A stretch of 63,950 nt of DNA, counting the filler, from Craspedostauros australis (taxonomy: Eukaryota): assembly GCA_030167865.1 (NCBI GenBank). It is 16 parts of 16 records of this genome, joined end to end, with 100 filler letters (N's around TTAATTAATTAA, not from the genome) between each part and the next. Parts side by side here need not be neighbours in the genome. Positions count along the whole stretch, not along the records: positions 23,558 to 25,351 come from JALAGF010003506.1; positions 25,452 to 28,102 come from JALAGF010003507.1; positions 28,203 to 31,039 come from JALAGF010003508.1; positions 31,140 to 33,229 come from JALAGF010003509.1; positions 33,330 to 38,609 come from JALAGF010003510.1; 11 more parts are not named here. One strand, given 5' to 3'. This document shows, in pieces, positions 23,458 through 36,462 of the stretch. The number at the start of each line of letters is the position of its first letter. Position 1 is the first letter of the stretch. A program made the translations under genes and the position numbers. The notes beneath the pieces are model-generated. The model saw only the letters and a list, made by a program, of their open reading frames with translations. It searched no databases and was not told the origin of the DNA.

Positions 23458-25909
23458 NNNNNNNNNNNNNNNNNNNNNNNNNNNNNNNNNNNNNNNNNNN
23501 NTTAATTAATTAANNNNNNNNNNNNNNNNNNNNNNNNNNNNNNNNNNNNNNNNNNNNCTACTGTCTGTCCGTGTACCCGCATACACACGTCATGATGGTG
23601 AGACGAAGTGATTGGACAAGGAATACTGATGATGACGTTTGACAAATGTCAATGACAAAATACGGGAGCAATTGGGAAATTTCAAATTTGGATTTCAAAC
23701 GTTCACATTTCTCAGTAGTCGATATGGTGTAGATCGTTGCCATGAAACACGAGTAACGTTAATGGGGGTTACGCGAGCCAATATTTAAAATGGCCTCTCC
23801 CGCTTTGGATTGATGGTGATTAAAGGGGTTCCACCATTGCTTCTTCTCCAGCTTACTCACTGCCATCCAGAAGACTACATGTACTTCAATACTTCATAAA
23901 TGATTTCCTTCAAAGACTTGGGACGATTTCTTCGACAAGGGTTGAATTGGACGACTGAGATCGAACACATGTGAACAAGGACATTCGCCACAGTACAACA
24001 CGGCAATGCACAAGACTGAGGATGTCAACCCCATTCTCCATTGTCGCCTCACTCTTTCAGAAGCTTTAAAGCTCGACTATCCCCTCTCCATTCGAAGTAC
24101 CGCCTTCACTATCATAATCCTGGTCGCAGTGAAACGAGAATGAGGAGGGGAAGAGCAGTTGGGACAGCTGCACACGTTGACACCGCGAGTTGATCGTGTT
24201 GTCGCACCGCGAAATTGTGTCGTCTGCCCGTCTATGCGTCAATTGGCATCAAGTTTTGCCTCCGACCAACGAAAAACAGATTCTTGAACTCGTGAACAAA
24301 CCAAAATGTCATGAGATAGTCCCAAACTCGAGAAAAACAACACGACAGATCGTGGGCTCCATTAGAGGTAGCCTGCTCAACTTCATCACCTCATAACTAT
24401 AAAGATAAGGCCTCTCTGAAGCTGAGATCTCGGGTTATGAATCTAAGTATGTTAAAGTGTATACGAGCCAAGTTTCATCTGAATTGAAGGTCCAAAATCA
24501 AAGAATCCTGGAGGGACCGCACCGCTATTGACTCACACGGGTCATACAATACCATGCGTGTTCTATCCACAGGCAGAAGCACCGCCGTCTTGGCTCGTGA
24601 CTTCCAGAGCATCGATGCCCAACCGAGGTGATCGACAGGAACATCCACCTCACAAATGAAGTTGGGAGCACCACGAAGGAGGACATGTGGGTGTACGGTA
24701 TCCATGGGCCATGGATCGCTGACCATGTGCTTCATCTGCCATATGGAAACTCTGTGTCAACCATGATCCGCAATACGGAACTCGCACTCTGCATGGGGTT
24801 GCTCATTGGTTCGTTGGTTGCTTCTGTTGCTCGTCAAGCTCTCTGGATGCTTGGACTCCACTACCTCGTCGGTTCTTGTCTTTCCGCCACGCTGGCACTG
24901 GTCGCTTCGAAGATTGGAATGGATGGTGACCCTGGCATTTGTTGCTCCAACGGCGAGTGATCGCTCCTTCTGGGACTTGGTGAGGGTCTCGACTGCAGTT
25001 TTGGCACAATGGCGGGAGCGCAACTCCTGGAGATGAGGACAATAGCGCGATACGGGACGGTCGATGGAATCGCGTAGCAACCATGCTCCTTGCGGCTTCT
25101 CGTCATTTCCCTCTGCTTTGTTCGCCACGTGCTCTTCGTAGATCGTCTCTTCCAGAAACTTGGATTGGCTGGCATTGGCACTGTAGCTTTCAATCTGCTT
25201 GGCAGTGTGTGACTTGGAGTGGAGAGTGCTCTGTGTGCGAATCCGGCGGCACGGTGACGACCGCACTGCGACGACCGCACAGCTTGTGAACATGCTGCTG
25301 CCTTGCGTTCTTTGTCTGTGCAATGAACCAACAATGATGCTCATGGCGGAGNNNNNNNNNNNNNNNNNNNNNNNNNNNNNNNNNNNNNNNNNNNNTTAAT
25401 TAATTAANNNNNNNNNNNNNNNNNNNNNNNNNNNNNNNNNNNNNNNNNNNNGTGTCGGGAGCATCCAAGTTCGAGGAAAAGGAGCAGTGACGGCACCATC
25501 TATCGCCGCTTCGGATCCTCTCCCTCTGTTGCATTCGCATGTTGCTTGATGGACTCCAACAGACGAGTACAACCACATACCATGTCCCGGAGCTGGATGG
25601 GGCGAGTAGGCCACAAGCAAAACGTAGAGGACGCAAACTACGCCAGTTAGGGCCTTCAAAATGAATTCCGCGCGGACATGCTCGATGATCTCAACGAACA
25701 GGAGGACAGGTAAGAGTGTGTATGGTTCTTATTGTTAACGTTTGCGATGGTGCGATTTGGGCATCCGATTTCCTCTTCCCTCAGAGTCTCCGTTCGCCCT
25801 CAGATCTCACACATTGCCATGTCTGGGCAACCTCCGTCGTGATTCCATCATCGACGTGACCTCCCACGGCCACTTCATCGCTCCTTGCGTTCGCCAGTTA
25901 TACTCACGG

Positions 25910-28102
25910 TTAAGATGAAACCATCGACACTGAGGTTGATGCCGACAGAGCGAGGGTATCGGGTTTCGCTGCTTCGGAAGAGATACTGCTGTTCTCCAAA
26001 TCGAGCGCATCCACCATGTCTGCCAACACCTCACGCCCTCTGGCCTCCCACTCCTTTCGGTTTGCTAGCGCATAGTTCAGGTACTCATCGCTCGACTTGC
26101 CAAATACACCACACTCCTTCAGCTTCTTGGCCAACGGGATGATGTAAAAGTCAAAGAAACCGATCTCACCTTCATACCAATTCTCCATGGGATTGGTACC
26201 AGATCGACCAGCTTGGTAGGCTGTGTAAAACTCCTTGAACAGCCTCTCGTTCCACTTGCGATACACATGCCAGTGCTGCATGGTGTGCGCGACATCGGAG
26301 GCCTGGATCAAGTGCTCAATCACGATCGTGGCCTTGCGGTTGATCGCATCTCGAGGATCGTCCAGCTGGGTTGATGGATAGTCTGGTGATGACACCGATT
26401 CACCCGCTGGCTGTTGCAGCAGCTGCTGCTGTTGTTGTTGCTGCTGTTGTTGCTGCTGCTGGTGGTGCTGCTGGTTGAAGGCCTTGTCCCATCGGTCATT
26501 CCTCAGCTTCTTCAGATCGGCGTCGACGATGTCTGTTGCCATGACACCGTTCACCACAAGCTGCCTCAGACGACGGAGCTCGGATGTCGTGGAGCAGATG
26601 CACTCACGAAGCTCCAGGAAGTCCTCGGCCATGAATAGATCCCAGGCAAGGACCACGGAGTTCTGCTCGGCCACAGATCGGTTGTTGTACAGCGTTGCGA
26701 TCCTGGTCTTCTCCTTCACGAGCTGAGCGTTGGTCACTCCGACATGATCGACATCATGGATGAGAGCAGAGAAGGCGCAGGCAAACTGGGTCAACGGATC
26801 AGAAGTGATACCGCACGTGTGATCGTGGAGGCTGGCCGCGACTTGATCGGTGGCTTCGGTGACCGAAACTCCATCAATCGACTTCTCCAGCATCAGGTCG
26901 GTCGGTGCAACGATGCGAGCCAGGAGTTTGATGACGGACATGGTCACATGCGATGCGTGCTCGAAGTTGTGGAAGGAATTGGCTCGGTACATGCTGGCGA
27001 TGCTGGCGATCAGCTCTCGCAGCTGCTGCACGATGACAGGATCGAGATGGATCTGATCTGGATCGGCATACTGTCTGGCGATCTTGGAATCGAACTCAGG
27101 AAGGCTGATGATCTCCCGCACCTCATCGAGCGGATTGAAAGTCGTACCGATATCGATGTCGATGTCGGATGGGTGAGCAGAAGGCTGGTCCCAACTTGAG
27201 GAGCTTGCGAATACTTGAGATCGACGTGGCTTCACAGTGGAGTTCTTGTTGATGGCATCCCTGCGGGCGACGATCTGCTTGATCAGATTCAGCAGCATCT
27301 CCACGTTCCAGTCCACAAGACGCAGGCTGCGCTCGTCCAGTCCGCTTTCTGCGACGCGGCCTGATTGGTGCACTGGTCTGGATGGAACCGACATGAGGCT
27401 CTGCAGGAATCCAGCATCGCTGTTGCTGGTGCAGCTTCCGCGATCCTTCTGGTCGTATCCAGAGCCGATCCAGTATCTGCGCATCGGAGGGACGTCAAAT
27501 GAGCGATGGAGCAGACAGGAAGACAGGTGGCAATTGAGAGATAGATTGCACAGAACAGGAGTAATCATGAGTGAGATGAAGATGAAGACGACAAACGAAG
27601 CAACAACAGTGTCGGGAATAGTAGGCAGTAGCATCAACAGCATCAACAGCATCAACAACACAAACACAAACACCAATGCAACCGTCAACTCACGTTTGCA
27701 TATCCCCCTTTCCTTTGGCATTCACCATGTGCTCGCGTTTGATCAGCCAGTGCCCCTTGCCGCAGAATTTCAAATACTCAGCAGTCTCCGTAGACACCTG
27801 GATTCGCCCAACCTGACCAGTGTGCTCGATACGGGAAGCCGTATTCATCGTGTCCCCGAACAGCTGGAAGCGAGCCCTCTCTCCTCTCAGGACACCAGCG
27901 GTCACCGGACCCGAGTGGATTCCGATACGAAGCGACAGATCACCCGTATCTGGGCCGTGCGTGATCTCCAGCTCCTTCGTCATCACGTTCACGCGTGTGA
28001 GGATATCGCGAGCGAATCGGACCATCACCACGGCATGATCCTTTCGCGGATCAGGGATGCCGGTGGCGGCGACGTAGCAGTCACCGACGGTCTCGACCTT
28101 GA
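25910..28102 (-). CDS. Class III nucleotidyl cyclase - class I phosphodiesterase fusion, 3' part (exons 28102-27694 and 27476-25910)
   Basis: KVETVGDCYVA, RIGIHSGPVTAGVL, RFQLFGDTMNTASRIE and AKGKG (cyclase). GT-AG intron 27693-27477 gives MQTYWI. FHNFEHASHV, IHDVDH, MATDI and QASDV (PDE). PolyQ insert. Confidence 0.92.
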
Positions 28103-28202
28103 NNNNNNNNNNNNNNNNNNNNNNNNNNNNNNNNNNNNNNNNNNNNTTAATTAATTAANNNNNNNNNNNNNNNNNNNNNNNNNNNNNNNNNNNNNNNNNN
28201 NN

Positions 28203-31020
28203 TTGCGTCAACAGTCGATGAAGCCGCGTGCGGCAACTCGGGCCCCACGGAAACAACCCATTCCCCAGCCACATCGATCCAATCCTTCCATGGCCATACC
28301 TACAATAGTGCCGTACGGCTGCCAAACCCACACAACGATGATGAATCCGCGTCGTCTGTGATGGAAGATGACGATGCCTCGGTACCGTCCAGCAGCATCG
28401 ACAACAAGGCGCGGCCAATGAGCACCTCCACACTCGCGGCGGAGGAGGAACGTCTCGTGACGTGCTCCAAGATGCTGCTGGTGATGGTCCTGCTGCTCAC
28501 CATGGCTGCATTCGCGACCATCACATACTTCTTCACATCACAGCAACAGGAAGATGATCTCGTCACCAGAGTACGTGCTTTTTGTTGGAGCGTATGGAAG
28601 ATTGTATGCATGAAACTATCGTATCCGGTTTTACGGAATGCCGGTCCCACATTGACACAGAAGCACGAGTACAAGTACGAGTACAAGTACAAGTACGAGT
28701 ACGGTTCTGGAGTGGTTGATCTGCAATTGCCCACATGAGATTCCACCAAGAGGAGGCAATGCATGTGGCTGGCTTTCCACCATGGTGGTGATCATCATCG
28801 TTGGCATCTCATCTCTAACCATCCTTCCCGATCTCATCCTTCCTCTTCCCACGTGCTCTGCCGTACATACCATACGGCTCCACCTACGCCCATGCGGCGG
28901 TTCCATTCTCCCCTTGTTTGTGCACCAACTCGAACTCTGCTACGCACGCCAAACCAACCTGCAACTATGAATGCAAACGCGGATGCAACATGTCTCTCTA
29001 GTTCACCGACTTTGCAAATCAAATCATCACCGTGTACGAATTGAATGGGGAGCACATCGTGGGTACATTGGAGGAATTCAGTACATCGCTCACCGCACAT
29101 GCCATCCAAACGAATTCGACCTGGCCGTTGGTCACTGTCCCTCTGTTTGAGGCATTGGCGGAGCGTGCCATCCAAGCGACGGGCTCCCGATCGATAGGCG
29201 TCGCCCCGCTCGTCCCGGAAGCCCAGCAGGGCGAGTGGCTGGGGTACGTCATGCAGCAGAATGAAGTTTGGAGAGCAGAAAGTTACAAGCACATGGGGCT
29301 TCCCTTCATACCTAGCACGTCAGCTGGTGGTCCACCACCTGGTGTCGGAGGAATAGATGCAGGCGCAGGGCCACCTCCGGGTGTCGGAGGAACGAATACA
29401 GGTGCAGGGCCGCCGCCTGGCGTTGCGCAGGGAAGCGGCCCACCGTCATTTGTCACTGGAGAGAATACCAGCGAAGTCTCCACCACGAGCACCACCAATG
29501 GACCACCAGCATTCGTCAACAATGGGAGCAACAGCAGCGACGCTGGTGGCAGCACTGGCGGTCCTCCCGACGGGGTGCGGGGAGGTGGGGATGATGGCAC
29601 GGCTCCTCCCATATTTCCCTTCATCTGGACAAACTTCACTCCTCCTCGTCCCGTCGAGGGTGTCACTGGAGCATCATCGCCGATATCCAAAGGCAAGTTC
29701 GCACCCTTCTGGCAAGTTGCGCCCATCGTAGGGAACGACATCATCGTGAACTACGATACGTTCACGCTGCCGGGCATACCTGAGAACTTTGATAGCATCG
29801 TCCGAAGTGGACGTCCAGTGTTGTCCGAGATCCTGCAATTGCCGAGAGGTGGAACCTTCTTTCCGCCGGAAAGCTACCTCCTCAGCCCAGTCTTCGCCAC
29901 TCTGCGGAAGGACCTCGACTATCCTGCCAGCACAGAAGCGACGACGACCTTCAGCAGCCTCAACAACCGCAACCGGGTCCAGAAGCCCAGCGCAGAGAAC
30001 AGAACCATCGTCGCGACGGTCATTTCTTTGTTGCCGTGGCACAACTACTTCGTGAACCTCCTGCCGGAGGACATCGACCCGATTTACATCGTCATTCGCA
30101 GCAACTGCGGTGTCGAGTACACGTTCCTCATCACGGGTCCCGATGTGTCCTACCTGGGCAACGGCGACTTCCATGACACTGAATGGGATGCGTACGAGGT
30201 TAAGACCACATTCTCCCCATTCGAAGGAAGCGACTGCCAGAACTCTCTCTACATGTACCCAACCTCGGAGTTCCATAGCACATATATCACCGACAAGCCC
30301 ATCATCTACACTGTCGGTGTGATCATAGGCCTCTCCATCACGGCGCTTGTCTTCGTCATCTACGACTGCACCGTGAAACGCCGGCAGGACAAGGTCATGA
30401 CGACAGCCACGAGATCCACCGCCATCGTCAGCTCGCTGTTCCCCCGGAACGTGCAGGACCGGCTGATGGAAGATGCTGCAGCACGAGAAGAGGAGGAGCA
30501 GAAGCAAGCGAATCTGAACCGAGCCAAGAACCCTGTCACCGAGCTGCTTGGAAGGTACGACAAGAACAAGGACGCGTTCCGCATGGCGAATCGGGCGTCG
30601 GATTCTGCGGCATCTTGCGGTCCCGTCACAGTCATGAAATCGCAGCACTCGTTGGGACCCTTTTCTCCAAGCAGCGGGCACAACGGCGACGGCCATCAAA
30701 CCAGCTTTGTTGGGGCGAGCCCTCAACGCAGCGCAGGAATGGGATTGGACGGCGGATACAGTCAACACAGCCACTCTGTGACGGAGGCATCGATGAGTCG
30801 GAAGCTGTCCATGGCGTCTATTATCCCAGCCTCATCGATGCACCAGAACAGCAAACCAATTGCGGATCTGTTCCTGAACGCCTCGGTCTTGTTTGCGGAC
30901 ATCGTTGGCTTCACTGCTTGGTCATCCGTGCGAGAACCGACGCAGGTGTTCATTCTGTTGGAGGGCATTTACAACGCCTTCGATAAGCTGGCAAGGAAGC
31001 GTGGCGTCTTCAAGGTGGAG
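28203..31020 (+). CDS. Receptor-type nucleotidyl (guanylate-like) cyclase, 5' part: TM - extracellular sensor - TM - start of cyclase domain (intron 28571-29001)
   Basis: TM (LLVMVLLLTMAAFATITYFF); GT-AG intron in frame; TWPLVTVPLFE; second TM (IIYTVGVIIGLSITALVFVIYD); SSLFPRNVQDRL; ADLF, LFADIVGFTAWSS, GVFKVE, then donor GTGAGT at 31021. Truncated at both ends. Confidence 0.9.
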
Positions 31021-31505
31021 GTGAGTACGGTTACATATGNNNNNNNNNNNNNNNNNNNNNNNNNNNNNNNNNNNNNNNNNNNNTTAATTAATTAANNNNN
31101 NNNNNNNNNNNNNNNNNNNNNNNNNNNNNNNNNNNNNNNATGCGAGTACCAGCGTACGCACAGCAAACGCAAATGCCAACCACACCATACGACGACGTCA
31201 CATCAGCACTGGTGTTTACGTACAACTCTTTGATGAACAGACGTGACCGTGGCCAAACGCGTCCAACCCAAGAATCCTTGGGACGGATGTGAGAACAAGG
31301 CAGTCCACGCCGCCAAATCCAACTACCATGGACTGTTACAATCCACGATACAACATGATGTGGTGTGATGCGGTGTGACATACCACCACAGGAACCATTC
31401 GAAAGAGTGCTGCCTCGGGTTGAAGACAAGTCAATGTGCTCACAATTTCACAATCTCATCAACCACAACGCACAACCAACCACAACCAACCAATTCAGGT
31501 CCCCC

Positions 31506-33229
31506 ATGTCACAACGCACCCCAACCCATTTGGTCGCCAGGAACATGAGATCCCACCATCCTGGAATCACCCGGCACATGGTGCTTGTCGCAAGCATGGC
31601 CGCTTGCGTCTTCTGCATTCTCCAACTGAACTGCACCATGCTGAAGCAAGTGCTGCCACGCACGCAGTACTTGCGCAACATCTACGTCGTGTCTCCCAAA
31701 GAATACATCATGGTCGACGGCTCAGGCCAAGACATGCGGGCTCTCGCCAACAACTACGGAAACAAGGACGACGGGGAGAACTTCTTCGTCTCTCACAGCG
31801 ATCCAATCTTCGCTGGCACTCCCATCTCCACTCGATCCTTCCAGACCGTGCGTAAGACGTACAGCACACAAAACGAAATCACCCAGCCGATGGCCGTCGT
31901 TCCCTTGCCAACTGGCTTCCAGGGCGAGTACAGACCGGAGACGCTCAAGGAATTCATCAAACTCGCAAGAACCATCTTTGACGATTCCGAGATCGGCCGC
32001 TCCCTCCAAGCACGGTCGTCTCAGATTGAACAGCAGAACAACCTGCATGGCAGAGATTCGCCAGAGTACGCCATTGTGAGCATCTGTGTCGGAATGGATC
32101 TGTGCGACATCTCCAAGCGCAACCACCAGCACTATGCCGACACCCACGGCTACGACTACCTGCCAATGTCCACCAACGTCGATGGCATCCACCCTAAGAT
32201 GCTCAAGTACCTCCTCTTGGCATGGACCGTGCAACGCGGTTACAAATGGGTCATGATGCTGGATGCCGACGCTCTCTTCACCAACATGGACATCACCTTG
32301 CCGTCCCTCATCGACAGCACCCAACCATCCAACAGCACCAGCTTGATCGCGACACGTGGTGGGAACTGGCAGTTCGTGCACGGCATCAACAACGGAATCT
32401 TCCTCCTCAAGAGCAACGAATGGTCGCTGCAGCATTGCTTCGACATCTTCACCGCCAAGTATGCGTACACCCGCTTCCTCGGCCGCACCCTCATCGACCA
32501 GCCGCTCCAGATGTCCGTGCTGCTTGCTCAGAACGAGCTGCAGTGGCCGCCAAAGACGGAGCTGGAACGTGGCGCGCATGTCACCATCGTTCCCAAGCGC
32601 ACCATGAACTCTTTCCGACGCGAGCATTCCTTCAGCAGCGCAGACGAGAAGGAGGACGGCCAATGGCAACACGGCGACTTCATCGCTCATTTCGCGTCAG
32701 GAAAGAAGTACTCCTTGATGCTGGACCTTCTTGAAGAGGAGGGCCTCGCGAGTGAGATCCCGCCCGTTGAGGAACGATTCTCTTTCCCTCTCCCAGCCAA
32801 GGGCAAGGCATCGCGCACAGGACACTGCTGGTGCAACCACGCAGCTGGAAACTCCATCAACGGTGAAAACGAGCTTGACACGCCATCCAGCAGCGTCAGC
32901 TGCCTGCCATCGTACCACGTTGTCGGTGTTCACAAGGCCGGTACCAAGTCCATCCTGCGGTACTTGAGCGGACATCCAGGTCTGGCGAGCACAGGGTACA
33001 TCGAGGATCCAACCCGATGGCTGACGGAGAAGACCATGAAGGTGGAAGAAGAGCAATGCGCTGCGATGGCAAAGACAGCCGCGCCACACACTCCCAGCTT
33101 CCTCCAGAAACCAAGAACGAGGGTCGTGTCCACATGCAGCTTCGATGACTACGCCTTGCTCAACGGCCAGGTATCCAACGGTGTCTGCTCCAGCCCCGCT
33201 TCCGCTTTTGCTCCCGCATCTGCTGCTGC
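31506..33229 (+). CDS. Type II membrane GT34 (GMA12/MNN10-like) glycosyltransferase fused to a sulfotransferase domain; 3'-truncated
   Basis: N-terminal TM; NHQHYADTHGYDY, WVMMLDADALFTN (DxD), INNGIFLLK, DQ and WQHGDFIAHF (GT34). Then CLPSYHVVGVHKAGTKSILRYLSGHP, a PAPS-binding 5'-PSB loop. Confidence 0.85.
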
Positions 33230-33329
33230 NNNNNNNNNNNNNNNNNNNNNNNNNNNNNNNNNNNNNNNNNNNNTTAATTAATTAANNNNNNNNNNNNNNN
33301 NNNNNNNNNNNNNNNNNNNNNNNNNNNNN

Positions 33330-34731
33330 CCTCGCGGGGGTACGTCTGTTGCGACATGACACCACTGCGGACTTCCATGATGAAGCCGATGCTGGGGTAT
33401 AGGAACAACCCAAGAATGACAGCATCGATGACGTAACCGCTTGTCGCATTGAAGGTGGTTCCAGTTTCGTCTTCGACTTCGGATAACGCTTGCTCGGTGA
33501 CGATGATACCAACGATGTAGTTGATAGTCCAGTACGCAGCGGAGATACCAACCTGTTGAACGCACGAACGAGCCACGTCGTGTGTGGAAGAGAGCAGAGT
33601 GGAGCGGTGTGGTTTGGTATGTCACCAACCAGACGGTATCGCCATCCGGGTTGTGCGTAGTTGCATGGGAGGAAGAATGAAGAAAACGATTGTGGAGAGT
33701 TTTTGTGGATTGTGAGCGCGCTGATGTTGGATCTGAATGTTTGAGTGACCGCGCCGACAAGCATGACATCAAGGAAGCCAGACAATGGGCAGTACTGACG
33801 GCAAGATCATCCGGGCCTGGTCCAAACCGAAAGAACAAACGCCAAGACTGGGCACCCGGCGCAAACCGCAGCAAGTGCACACATTTACTTACCGCAATGG
33901 CGTTGTATTGCAGGGCTCCGAACATTGACACACCAGCCATGATGATACCGATGACGCCCATGGCGAGATAGGCCGTCTTGACTTCCTTGTTGAAAACTAT
34001 GACCTCTTCGTTGTCCATCTCTTCCTGCCCTGGAGCAGCCTCATCATCAGGTGCGAGGGCAAGGTACACATCGATAACCTCCAATACAAGGGAAAGGATG
34101 CTGACGACGATGACGGCTCTGCGGAAATCGCAGCAGCATCCGCAGCACTGTCATTGGAGAAGTATCGCAGTGCGGCATACAAGTGGCATGGTCAGGTACG
34201 TGTGGTATAGTAGGATTCCAGCATCGTGTTGCATTGTATTATATAATATATCGCAGAGTAGAGCGTATGTGTTGGACACCAAGCGCAGCAGTTGATGTCA
34301 ATGTCAACAACGAGGCATCACCAAGAATTGAATACAGGTAGGACGGGATTGAGCATCAGACGTGAGACACTCGGGATGATCGCAGCGATGATACAATCAC
34401 AGATCTGCCATCATCGCATGACGACACGAAATGCTTCGACGCGCTCCAGGACGCCACGCAAGACGTATACAGCCTGTCAACTCTGCACCTTCCGATTCAT
34501 CGCACGTACCTTGGTGCCGATCTTTTGCTGCTGATGCATGGGGACATCTGAGGGTGGTGGCGCCATGTTTCCAGCGCCCTTGTATTCATCTGTCACTGCC
34601 ACCGGCGGAGCGAGATAGGTCGTGTCAGCGACTGCGACGGCGACTGGTTGCGGTGCCCCAACAGCGACTGGCTGCGGTGCCCCAACAACGACTGGCTGCG
34701 GGCCTCCGTAAGGTTGCTTTTCGACATCCAT
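33330..34731 (-). CDS. Four-TM membrane protein with Cys-rich motif (exons 34731-34510, 34147-33893, 33552-33330); 3'-truncated
   Basis: Spliced product MDVEKQPYGG...KIGTK-CCGCCCDFRRAVIVV...YNAIA-VGISAAYW...EVRSGVMSQQTYPRE. Canonical GT-AG sites keep the frame. Confidence 0.85.
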
Positions 34732-35540
34732 GGTTGATTGGGTGGTATTGGTATTATAATAGCTGCGAGGAGTGGAGAGAATGAAAGGAGAGAGAGAGAG
34801 GGTGGCTTCTTCGTTTGCTTGTCGTTTGGATTTGTGTCCTTGTTACCTGCGTTCTGTGATGGTGGCGCATTGTTTCTTCGTCTTCATGCCCATGATCGCA
34901 GTGATGGGTCTGTGTTGGCGCCGACTCGTGGACCAGCATGCCCATTTCGTGGAGCTCGTGGATGTCTCGTGTAGTTGGTACTCTACGAGCTGCGAGTAGT
35001 TCTGACGCACGACGACGCTTCCATGACAAAGACAGTAGTTTGGACAACATTGTTCCAGACCTCGCCTACGTGCATTCCAGTACTGGTGACACAGAGACAC
35101 AAACACGATCTCATTCATTCGCGGTCCAATGGGTCAAAGCTAACTGATGGATTGTGTTCTCGCGCGTCTGGGTTTGAACATTTGGGAACTTCCCAAGATA
35201 GGCCCAGCATCTGTTCAAACGGATGCTGAGAGTCGACCAACCGTTTGAAATGGACATTCTAACTTTCCATCTGCAATAACCAAACTAAGCACATATTCAA
35301 AATCCCTATAATCTCCTTGCGGATAATGAACCATTACATTTGTTAGTTAGATCCTATTTTAAATTTTATGGATCGATCTTTTCTTGCATGGCAGTCACGT
35401 GGGTCCAACAGCACAAAACCCGCTGTTTTTCGCCGAAGGTTCTATGATGTTCTAATGTGGTTATCGTCCGATCAGTGCACTCCGTTATTGGACTCTACAA
35501 CCTTTATCTTGCATATCCGAACCAAGCACATATTCGTAGT

Positions 35541-36462
35541 CCTCTCTCTCTCTCTCTTCATAAATAAATATATGTTACTTGTTTTAATTGGGGCTGTGCT
35601 TTGGAGAAGTCTGGGGTGAGAACACATATATATATAACACACGGATTATAACTGTTAGGTCATGCGCCGAGGGCGCTTTTATTCCGCCTCGTTGATTCAA
35701 CGTGTAGGCACGCAGCGGGAACGGAGTGACACTTGGTGTTTGTGTGTGAAGGTGTCGGCTCTGGGGTCAGGTCGGTGTCAGGCTGGGGTCGAGGGGGGAG
35801 TGGCTGGTGCTCGGTTGCGGCGTCGCTGGTTCTTCATCCAGTTGGTGAGCACTGTCGGGATGTTCGGTGCCGCGTGGCCGAGTCCTTGCTGCATCGCTTG
35901 GACCCACGGGACTAGGGCGACGGCTTGGGTTGTTGCGGGTGGGTTGGACCACAGCGGTCTCAGTACTTCTGGGATTGTTTCGGTGGGCACTGCACGGAGG
36001 TGGTGAAGCTGTTGTTGTAGGAGAGCTGTCATGCCGTGCGACGTCTGCTCTGCCTTGGTTTCGTTGCGGTCGCGCCACTGCTGCAGGACGGTGTGCCACA
36101 TGAGGTTTGTGATGCTCACTTGCCAGTCACGGAGCAGCTTGGGAGCGCGTCTTCTCCGGTGAGGAGCCATTGGAGGGGCCTGGTCTCGCCACGAGGTGGA
36201 CCAACCGCCCCAGATTAGAGCGACCCAACCAACTTTGGCCTGTCTCACCTGGATGTTCTGAGTGGGCGATGGTCGTATGCCCGAGGGAGGGATGCCTCCA
36301 GAGGTTATGCGCTTGATTGCCGTGCAGACGAGCTGTGCGACTTCAGGTGGGGTGTTAGGTGGTCTCACGATTGACCGAACTTTCTGGATGGCTTTGGCCC
36401 AGATGGACTGACTCGCTGCACTGGGACACATGAGGATGTGTGTGTTGTCTTCTGGCCTGCCA
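35541..36462 (-). mobile_element. 3' fragment of a second non-LTR retrotransposon with 3' UTR and (GA)n tail
   Basis: ORF end with EDNTHILMC, QAKVGWVALIWGGWSTSW and LMWHTVLQQWRDRN, homologous to the C-terminus of ORF 1-2241. Stop at 35778, AT-rich UTR and GA tail at about 35541-35556. Confidence 0.8.

Noticed and set aside
23558..25351. ORFs of 60-195 aa in this contig
   Set aside because: No recognisable motifs or codon bias; probably non-coding or decayed repeat.
25910..31020. Joining the two cyclase contigs into one gene, since both break at FKVE
   Set aside because: The overlapping codons differ (GTC GAG ACC without an intron versus GTG GAG followed by a GT donor), so they are most likely paralogues.
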